28,018 nt of DNA. Source: Candidatus Iainarchaeum sp. (GTDB taxonomy: Archaea; Iainarchaeota; Iainarchaeia; Iainarchaeales; DTGL01). The notes beneath the pieces are model-generated. The model had not been told where the DNA came from. It worked only from the letters and a program-made list of their open reading frames with translations, and did no database searches. The stretch is taken from contig JAVYME010000002.1 of NCBI GenBank assembly GCA_038736825.1, positions 42,793 through 70,810 of the forward strand, given 5' to 3'. The position numbers were made by a program, and so were the translations under genes. Shown in pieces: positions 1 through 6,570 of the stretch. Position 1 is the stretch's first letter, and each line of letters starts with the position of its first letter.

Positions 1-21
1 CTCGCCTTCCTTTAATGACAT
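1..21 (-). CDS. possible 5' end of a leftward gene cut by the window edge (MSLKEGE...)
   Basis: Minus-strand ATG at 21-19 is preceded by an AGGTGA Shine-Dalgarno-like motif (31-26) with a 4-nt spacer. The frame is open to the edge, but only 7 codons are visible. Confidence 0.2.
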
Positions 22-144
22 TTTTTCACCTAAAAAAATTAAGCCCTAAAAATAGGAGTTGATAAAATTTTAGGGTTAGGCTATCCTTTTAATTCTTTCT
101 GGCACTGGTTTCAGAGTGCTGCTTTGCTCGAACAATTGTGAAAG

Positions 145-153
145 ATATAAAAA
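145..153 (+). promoter_or_regulatory. TATA-box-like element for the 178 gene
   Basis: ATATAAAAA ends about 25 nt upstream of ATG 178, and no SD lies between them. This fits a leaderless or near-leaderless archaeal transcript. Confidence 0.35.
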
Positions 154-177
154 TCATTCAATAGCCTTATTTCTTAA

Positions 178-1551
178 ATGGATAAAAAAGCGATAGGTTC
201 CCTTGTGCTGGTTTTGCTTATATTTGGCTCGCTTGTAGCCATGGGCTTAAACTACTTGCTCGAGCACAAACCCAATGATGGCGACAAGCCCCCAGTAGAG
301 GAGCCAACGCCTTCAAGCCAGCCACAAATTTATTATTTCGCGCAAGACTTGGATGCAAATGTTTTTGAATTAAGCCAGGTTTATCCATTAAAAGGCTATA
401 CTAGTGAAACCAATCTTTCAAATGTAACAAGCGAGCTCTCTTCACTTGAAAGCATTGACAGGATTTTTGCAGCCGAATTCCAAAACCCAGAGCCGGACAG
501 AGAGCGCTTTATGCCGGTTTATGTTGAAATTTTATTAAAACCAGGCAAGAGCATTGATGATGCCACAAGCGAGATTTCCTCCAAGGGAATCCTTTCAGAT
601 ATTGTTGCCTCAAGAAAAGCCGTTGTCAAGGTTCCCTCAATTGTTTCACTGAAGTCAGTCCAATCAGACTTGAACCTTTCAAAAACCGTGACTTTGGAAG
701 AACCCTTTGTGAGTGCAATTGTTTCAACTGATGCAATGAGCGGTGATGAACTCAAAATAGTTCTTTACCTTGCAATGAAGGGCGAGGAAATAGTTGGGGA
801 AACCATGACGGCATACATGTCTGACAATATTTCGGCAAAGCCAAGATTCCGCATAACGCAAACCAGCGGCAAAATCGCCCGCCTTGACAATTTTTTGGGG
901 TTTGAAAAAAAGGTTTCATACAATGGTTTTGATCCTCTTGAATTGAAAGCCGCCCTTGAAGGAATCAATGGAGTGCAAAAAGCAGAGGTTCTCCTTGAAT
1001 CGATTAACAGTTCTTTTTCAATTGATGCCAATATTAGCGGTAAGGATTTAAACATGTTAAAGCAGGACTTAAACTCAGCCTTTAACGCAATCAATGGAAT
1101 AACAGGAATTTCTTTCACTGAAACCGGCACTCTTCTTTCAATCACTCTTTCTTATAACCTTGAAGAAGGCTATGCAAAAATAATGCCGGTTGCAGTTGCC
1201 AAAGCCGAAGAAATCCTTGCAAGCAAAGACTATTCTTTAAAACACCCAACTGCAGACCTGAACTGCATTTTGTTCCTTTCAGGGAATCCGGCAGAAATCG
1301 CTCGCTCAGCTGAATCTGTTTTTTCCTCTTTTGGTGTTGATGGCAATTTCTGGCAACAGGCTTTCTTTGAAATAAAAACCCTGACTGATAAATCAACAGG
1401 CGAAGAATTCGCGTTCCCGCAAGGAATAAGCGAACTGCCAGTAAGAGTAAAACCAGGCTCGGAAATCAACACAGACCTTAACCTGCAAATAATCTTCCAA
1501 ACCACTAGAAAAAACATAGATGCAGCATACGCAACTGCAATCAGCCAATAA
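178..1551 (+). CDS. hypothetical membrane-anchored extracytoplasmic protein (orphan)
   Basis: 457-codon ORF with an N-terminal hydrophobic anchor (IGSLVLVLLIFGSLVAMGL), then a Pro-rich spacer (KPPVEEPTPSSQP) and many N-x-S/T sequons. I recognise no family. Confidence 0.75.
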   Translation: MDKKAIGSLVLVLLIFGSLVAMGLNYLLEHKPNDGDKPPVEEPTPSSQPQIYYFAQDLDANVFELSQVYPLKGYTSETNLSNVTSELSSLESIDRIFAAEFQNPEPDRERFMPVYVEILLKPGKSIDDATSEISSKGILSDIVASRKAVVKVPSIVSLKSVQSDLNLSKTVTLEEPFVSAIVSTDAMSGDELKIVLYLAMKGEEIVGETMTAYMSDNISAKPRFRITQTSGKIARLDNFLGFEKKVSYNGFDPLELKAALEGINGVQKAEVLLESINSSFSIDANISGKDLNMLKQDLNSAFNAINGITGISFTETGTLLSITLSYNLEEGYAKIMPVAVAKAEEILASKDYSLKHPTADLNCILFLSGNPAEIARSAESVFSSFGVDGNFWQQAFFEIKTLTDKSTGEEFAFPQGISELPVRVKPGSEINTDLNLQIIFQTTRKNIDAAYATAISQ

Positions 1552-1606
1552 AACCAAAATCCGGTAAAATAAAAAGCCTTGTTAAAGCGTGAACTATTCC
1601 ACGAAA

Positions 1607-1957
1607 TTATTTTTTCAAAAGTTTTATTGCTTCAGCCAGGTCTCCATCGCATTCTTCAAGTGCTCTTTTTGCTTTTTCCTCGCTTACTGCTGTTTGTGCT
1701 GCAACAAGCTTTATGTCTTCTTCTGGGATTTCCTTGGGTTCGCTTTCTTTGACGCCATCTTCCCTTTTTTCGTTTCCCATTACGGTATAGGTTTTATGCC
1801 CCTGCATTTCAATTGAAGTGATTTGCGGTTGTTCTATTGTAATGCGCCCTTTTTCCAGTTCTATTATCACTCTTTTTGCGTTTATTTCTTCGGATTTCAT
1901 TCCGAGTTGTTTCATCATTCTCCGCATTTGAGCCGGATTTCCCAAGCCAGGCATCAT
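1607..1957 (-). CDS. nac: nascent polypeptide-associated complex protein (archaeal NAC alpha)
   Basis: Typical archaeal NAC N-terminus (MMPGLGNPAQMRRMMKQLGM), a NAC domain, and a C-terminal UBA-like tail (EEKAKRALEECDGDLAEAIKLL). A GGTGA SD lies upstream. Confidence 0.9.
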   Translation of the reverse strand: MMPGLGNPAQMRRMMKQLGMKSEEINAKRVIIELEKGRITIEQPQITSIEMQGHKTYTVMGNEKREDGVKESEPKEIPEEDIKLVAAQTAVSEEKAKRALEECDGDLAEAIKLLKK

Positions 1958-2037
1958 TTTTCTTTCACCGCTTGCCCTGTTTTGAAAGAATTTGATTGAA
2001 AAGATTTATTAATCTCTTGCCTGCTTTATTTTCGTGG

Positions 2038-2694
2038 ATGTCAGAGCAAACCTTTTCATCGCTTGAATTTTTTGAAAAAAAGGCTGGCTTGAAAAAGGAC
2101 GCCAAGGCTGAAAGAAAGGCTGCCCTTAAAACCTATTTTGGAAAGGGAGGCATAATCAGGGTTGACTTGGATAAAAAGACAGCCGCTGGCTGGCCAGTGC
2201 TTGTTTATCCGACAAAATTGAGGTTGCGCGCCTTAATAAGGGAAAAGGAGAGAGTGCGGGCTGTTTATTTAAAGAAAAAGAAGGCTTGGGAGAAAAAGCT
2301 GAGGGATGCTGAACTCTACAATCTTTCCACTTTCGCCCGCCAGTTTTCTTCGCCTCTTTACTGGAAGCATTTCCTGCAAATGATGCGCGATCCGGATTAC
2401 AGGGCGGATGCTGAAAAAACCAGGCTGCCAATGCACTTGGTTTCAGATCCGCGCTGGAAGCCAATGATAAGAATGTTCATTGAAGACTTGGAGTACAGAA
2501 AGCAGCTTACTGAAACAGTGGAAAACTCGATTGTTTACAAGAAGAACAAAAAACTGGCAAGGTATGCCTCTCAGCTTGCAGAGTTCAGGAAAAGCGAGAG
2601 CAACAAAAACATTGCGGACTTGGACAAAAAAATAAGGGATATAGAGGAAAGCCTTGATTCTTACAGAAAGCTAGTGGAATGGGCGAACGAATGA
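2038..2694 (+). CDS. hypothetical basic, Lys/Arg-rich coiled-coil protein (orphan)
   Basis: The ORF is open from TTG 1996. ATG 2038 is preferred because a TATA-like TTTATTAAT at ~2006-2014 would give a leaderless transcript. I recognise no family. Confidence 0.6.
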   Translation: MSEQTFSSLEFFEKKAGLKKDAKAERKAALKTYFGKGGIIRVDLDKKTAAGWPVLVYPTKLRLRALIREKERVRAVYLKKKKAWEKKLRDAELYNLSTFARQFSSPLYWKHFLQMMRDPDYRADAEKTRLPMHLVSDPRWKPMIRMFIEDLEYRKQLTETVENSIVYKKNKKLARYASQLAEFRKSESNKNIADLDKKIRDIEESLDSYRKLVEWANE

Positions 2695-2783
2695 ATGGTT
2701 CAGCGGAAGCGTGCTCCTTCACTTTCTTTTAAAGCCTTCCATGGCCAACTTTTTTCAGAGACTTTAAGGGGGGTTGTTTTTTT

Positions 2784-3032
2784 ATGGCAAAACCGATTAA
2801 AAAATTTTCTGCAGGGGCAATACAAGTCTCGGTTTGGGAGAATGAGGGAAGAGAGGGAAAACAGTTTTACAGTGTCAGCCTTGATAAAAGGTACAAGGAC
2901 AAAAACGAGCAATGGAAAAGCACTGGTTCTCTCAAAGCAAAAGACTTGCCAAACGCAGTGCTTGCCCTGAACAAAGCGTACGAGTATTTGACTCTCAAAG
3001 ATGACAATGTCAAGCTAACAGATTTAATGTAA
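2784..3032 (+). CDS. small PC4/YdbC-like putative ssDNA-binding protein (fold assignment tentative)
   Basis: 82-codon ORF with a GGGGGGT SD about 10 nt upstream. The pattern IQVSVWENEG..KQFYSVSLDKRYKDKNEQWKSTGSLKAKDLPNAV resembles the PC4 C-terminal domain (VSV..., IDIREYW..GE.KPG.KGISL). Confidence 0.55.
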   Translation: MAKPIKKFSAGAIQVSVWENEGREGKQFYSVSLDKRYKDKNEQWKSTGSLKAKDLPNAVLALNKAYEYLTLKDDNVKLTDLM

Positions 3033-3074
3033 AAGAATTCTTAAAAGGATTTCAAACCCAATATTCCAGAAAAC

Positions 3075-5294
3075 ATGAAACCAGCCAGTGAAACATTGGA
3101 ACTAGAGAAAAAAGTCATGGAATTGAATTCCTTCAATTCCTTCAATCCAATGCAGGAAAAAGCAATAGCCGCAGGCATTTATTCCAAAAACCTTGTCCTG
3201 AGTGCACCAACCGCAAGCGGAAAAACAATAATTGCCGCACTTGCAGCACTCAACTGCATTCTGAACCGCAAGCGCAAAGTGATTTTCACTTGCCCGCTTA
3301 AAGCACTCGCATCAGAGCATTTCAAGGAATTCAAAAAACTTTACTCTAAAGCGTTCAATATAAGGATTGCAATAAGCACCGGAGATTTGGATTCCAGCTC
3401 CAAATACCTTGCAAAATACGATTTGATTTTTTGCACGAATGAAAAAATTGATTCTCTCACAAGGCATGGCGCTGAATGGCTTAAAAACACTGGGTTGCTG
3501 ATAGCGGATGAAATCCACGAACTTGATTCAGGCCGCGGTGCAACCCTTGAAATGGTTATTGCGAAAATGCAAAGCCTTATTCCCGGACTGCAAATTCTGG
3601 CCTTGAGTGCAACAATCCCAAACTCAAGGGAAATAGCATCATGGCTTGAAGCAAATGTTGTGGAAAGCGATTTTAGGCCTGTTGAATTAAAAGAGGGAAT
3701 TTTGCTTGGGAAAACTCTTTATTTCAAAGAAAAAGAGATTGAGCTTGATTCCATGGAAGAGGATGCACTAGATGCTCTTGTGGAGGACACTCTTTCAAAA
3801 GGCAAGCAAGCATTGTTTTTTTTGAACACGCGCATGAATGCTGAAAATTTTGCCAAAAAAGCCTCAAAAATAGTTGGAAAAAAATTATTGCCAAAGGAAA
3901 AAGAGTTTTTACAAAAGGTTGCTGGAAAGGCTGAAAATGTGCTTGAATCCCCGACAGAGCAGTGTCATTCGCTTGCAAGGGCAATAGAAAATGGGGTTGC
4001 ATTCCATCACGCCGGCCTTCTGGCAAAACAGCGCGAGATTGTGGAGGATTTTTTCAGGGCTGGCAGAATAAAGGTTTTGTGTGCAACCACCACTCTTGCT
4101 GCCGGCATAAACACGCCTGCTTTCCGGGTTGTAATTCCGTCCCTTTATCGTTATACTGAATACGGAATGCAGCGCATTCCGGTAAGGGAATACAGGCAGA
4201 TGTCTGGGCGCGCTGGCAGGCCAAAATATGATTCTGTTGGGGAATCCATTCTGTTTGCAAGGAGTGAAACAGAGTTGGAAGAACTAAAAGAGTGTTATGT
4301 AGAAGGCGAGGTTGAGAGGATTGAGTCCAAGCTTTCCTATGAACCGGTTTTGCGCATGCATCTCCTTGCATTGATTGCCTCAAGGTTTGTTGTGGACAAA
4401 AAATCCATGAAAAATTTTTTCAAGCGCACTTTTTACGCTCACCAGTTCGGCAATATTGAAAGCCTGATGGAACGGCTTGACTCAATTGCAATAGAGCTTG
4501 AAGATTACGGTTTTGTGGAAGAAAAAAAAGGATTGCTTGTTGTCACTCCAATAGGCAAAAGAGTTTCAGACCTATACCTTGACCCTGTTTCAGCAAAAAA
4601 AATCATTGAAGCATTAAAGAAAAGACTTGACATTTTTGCAGCGCTTTTCATTTTAACAGACACCTCTGAATTCCTTCCAGCATTCCCAACCCAAAAAAAG
4701 CGCGAGCCAGACTTATGGAAACAATTGTATTCCATGCAGGAATCTTTGCCAATAGATGTTTCCAGCGAGCAATTCCAGGACACAGATTTATTGGACAAAT
4801 TCAATTCAACCCTTTTATTGAATGACTGGATTGAAGAAAAAAGCGAGCAACAATTAATGGAGAATTTTGGCGTTAGGCCTGGCACTTTGTTTTCAAAACT
4901 CCAGATTTGCGACTGGCTTGCATATTCTTGCATGGAATTGGCCAAAATTGTCGGTGTTCAAGAAAACCTGCCTTTACTGTTTGAAGCAAGAAAGAGATTG
5001 AAGTATGGAGTGAAGAAAGAACTCCTTGAATTGGTTGAATTGCGCGGCATTGGACGCGTGAGAGCAAGAAGGCTTTACCGGAGCGGTTTGCGCTCTCTCG
5101 CTGACCTCAAGAGAGCGCCTTTTTCGGATATTGCAAGGGTTTTAGGGGACGCAATTGCTGCAAGCGTTAAAGAGCAATTGGGGCAAAAGGCTGAAATTGT
5201 TCCAACAATTGCAAAGCAAAAAAATGCAAAAATTGAAAAGAAAAAAGAAAAAGGGAAAAGCCAAGCAGGCCAGAGCGTGCTTGGCAGTTTTTGA
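3075..5294 (+). CDS. hel308: Ski2-like DNA helicase Hel308/Hjm
   Basis: Walker A APTASGKT, motif II DEIH, motif III SAT, and QMSGRAGR. A C-terminal helix-hairpin-helix (LRGIGRVRARRLYRSGLRSLADL) is followed by a Lys-rich tail. Confidence 0.9.
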   Translation: MKPASETLELEKKVMELNSFNSFNPMQEKAIAAGIYSKNLVLSAPTASGKTIIAALAALNCILNRKRKVIFTCPLKALASEHFKEFKKLYSKAFNIRIAISTGDLDSSSKYLAKYDLIFCTNEKIDSLTRHGAEWLKNTGLLIADEIHELDSGRGATLEMVIAKMQSLIPGLQILALSATIPNSREIASWLEANVVESDFRPVELKEGILLGKTLYFKEKEIELDSMEEDALDALVEDTLSKGKQALFFLNTRMNAENFAKKASKIVGKKLLPKEKEFLQKVAGKAENVLESPTEQCHSLARAIENGVAFHHAGLLAKQREIVEDFFRAGRIKVLCATTTLAAGINTPAFRVVIPSLYRYTEYGMQRIPVREYRQMSGRAGRPKYDSVGESILFARSETELEELKECYVEGEVERIESKLSYEPVLRMHLLALIASRFVVDKKSMKNFFKRTFYAHQFGNIESLMERLDSIAIELEDYGFVEEKKGLLVVTPIGKRVSDLYLDPVSAKKIIEALKKRLDIFAALFILTDTSEFLPAFPTQKKREPDLWKQLYSMQESLPIDVSSEQFQDTDLLDKFNSTLLLNDWIEEKSEQQLMENFGVRPGTLFSKLQICDWLAYSCMELAKIVGVQENLPLLFEARKRLKYGVKKELLELVELRGIGRVRARRLYRSGLRSLADLKRAPFSDIARVLGDAIAASVKEQLGQKAEIVPTIAKQKNAKIEKKKEKGKSQAGQSVLGSF

Positions 5295-5298
5295 TTTT

Positions 5299-6258
5299 TC
5301 AAGCAAATCCAAGCAATGACCTGAAAAAGTTGAAAATTGCGTCAATCGGGTTTTGTGCCACGGTTGTGGCAGGAGTTGGTGTTTCCTTGACAGGCATTGT
5401 GGTTGGCTTGGCTTGCGGTGTTGTGTCCGCTTGAGCAATAGTGGATGTTCCCACTGTTGGCGCTGGTGTTGTTTCGGTTTGAGCCAAATGTTTTGGTGGA
5501 ACTGTTGGCTCGGCTGGAGTTTCAATCATTAGTTCTGGTTTGTCTTTTGAGCAGTTTACTCCGACAATTTTTACTTGTGGGTTTATTTCACCGCTTTTTA
5601 TTCCAGGCATATCGCTTAACGGCACTGGTTCTTTAAAAGATTGGCCTACCAATACTATGGGGGCGCCTGTTTCAATTCCTCCTGCTCTTCTGAGCACCAT
5701 TAACGCTATGTTTGCTGTTCCATTTGCATTGCATTGGATTGTTTCAACTCTTATTGAGGTTGTTTGTTCTGTATAGGTTTCCAAGCTTTTAATGCCAGTT
5801 ATTTCCTCGCCAACCGCGTATGCAGTGATTACTTTTTCGCCTGTTTGTTGGCCAGAACCACTGGTGCCTGTTGAGGCATAGGTTGTGGAAAACCCTGTTT
5901 TTGGGGTTGGAGTTGTTGGTGGGGGCGTTATCGTGCTTGCTGGTGTTTTTGTTGGGGTTGGGTTTTGAATGCATGTTCCGTTTGAGCAGGTTCCGTATTC
6001 TCCTATGCAGGTGTCTGCTATTCCGTTGTTTCCGCAGTTGTCTGTCCAGCATATGTTGTTTATTCCGCAGCAATAGTATTCTATGGGACAATAGGGTGTT
6101 TTGGTTGGTGTTGGTGTTTTTGTTGGAGTGGGAGTCTGGCTTCCCCCTCCACCATCAATTATTATTGCAAAACCAGTGGGATTATTGATTTCTGTAAAAA
6201 CTATTATTCCCGCCGAAATGATTATTACTACAAGCAATGCCGCCAAATATTTGCTCAT
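5299..6258 (-). CDS. membrane-anchored Cys-rich, Pro/Thr-linker surface protein
   Basis: ORF open to GTG 6267. ATG 6258 is preferred because a GGGTGAT SD lies 4 nt upstream. N-terminal anchor YLAALLVVIIISAGIIVF, TPTPTKTP repeats, a Cys-knot-like segment (aa 60-99) and a Thr/Pro-rich C-terminal half. Confidence 0.75.
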   Translation of the reverse strand: MSKYLAALLVVIIISAGIIVFTEINNPTGFAIIIDGGGGSQTPTPTKTPTPTKTPYCPIEYYCCGINNICWTDNCGNNGIADTCIGEYGTCSNGTCIQNPTPTKTPASTITPPPTTPTPKTGFSTTYASTGTSGSGQQTGEKVITAYAVGEEITGIKSLETYTEQTTSIRVETIQCNANGTANIALMVLRRAGGIETGAPIVLVGQSFKEPVPLSDMPGIKSGEINPQVKIVGVNCSKDKPELMIETPAEPTVPPKHLAQTETTPAPTVGTSTIAQADTTPQAKPTTMPVKETPTPATTVAQNPIDAIFNFFRSLLGFA

Positions 6259-6300
6259 AAACATCACCCAATAATCTTTTTGGATAATTATTTAGTGTAC

Positions 6301-6310
6301 TTTATATTTA
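6301..6310 (-). promoter_or_regulatory. TATA-like element for the 5299-6258 gene
   Basis: The minus strand reads TAAATATAAA, about 45 nt upstream of ATG 6258. Confidence 0.3.
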
Positions 6311-6318
6311 ATTGTTCT

Positions 6319-6348
6319 CTTTTCTTTTCTCAACTTTTCTTTTCTCAA
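6319..6348. repeat. perfect tandem duplication of a 15-mer (CTTTTCTTTTCTCAA x2)
   Basis: Read directly: 6319-6333 is identical to 6334-6348. It lies inside the 294-bp divergent intergenic region. Confidence 0.9.
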
Positions 6349-6482
6349 ATTCTTGAACTCTTAATTTTCACCTATATAGAGTTTATTTTTTTGCGATTAT
6401 TGTAATCCGGATTTTTTAAAATTTTAAGAACCAAGTTTTTCCGAAACCTTTATTAAGTTTGAATTCGTTTATAAAGAGAAGA

Positions 6483-6497
6483 ATATATATAAAAAAA
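6483..6497 (+). promoter_or_regulatory. TATA-like element for giant gene 1
   Basis: ATATATATAAAAAAA lies about 75 nt upstream of ATG 6571, and the GGGGTG SD sits in the predicted leader. Confidence 0.3.
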
Positions 6498-6570
6498 CAA
6501 AACAGCCTTTATTTACTGGAAAAAATTAACTGGCATTGTTTTGTGAAATTGCTTTCTTGGGGTGTGGTTT

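Noticed and set aside
44-75. 8-bp inverted repeat CCCTAAAA ... TTTTAGGG in the leftmost intergenic region
   Set aside because: The stem is short and AT-rich with a 16-nt loop. Such repeats are expected by chance in AT-rich promoter DNA, and it may simply be a TATA-like sequence. There is not enough support for a feature.
1589-1816. 75-codon ORF antisense to NAC
   Set aside because: It lies entirely inside the confidently identified NAC gene on the opposite strand. Its Phe/Cys-rich low-complexity translation is typical of an antisense frame in AT-rich DNA.
2695-2970. 91-codon ORF starting right after the stop of the 2038-2694 gene
   Set aside because: It overlaps the 2784-3032 ORF in another frame. 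That ORF has a strong SD and a coherent fold-like pattern, whereas this one has no SD, a Cys/Arg/Phe-skewed composition and no recognisable features.
3033-3042. 10-bp palindrome AAGAATTCTT between the PC4-like gene and hel308
   Set aside because: It is short, AT-rich and overlaps the likely TATA region of hel308. It is not distinguishable from chance.
6562-6570. Upstream GTG/TTG start extensions given by the ORF track (6562, 12242, 23278, 6267, 18585, 1996)
   Set aside because: In each case an ATG a few codons downstream has a correctly spaced SD or TATA element. The extension either lies inside that SD, overlaps the upstream gene's stop, or adds an implausible N-terminus, as with the sepF extension that overlaps its own TATA element.
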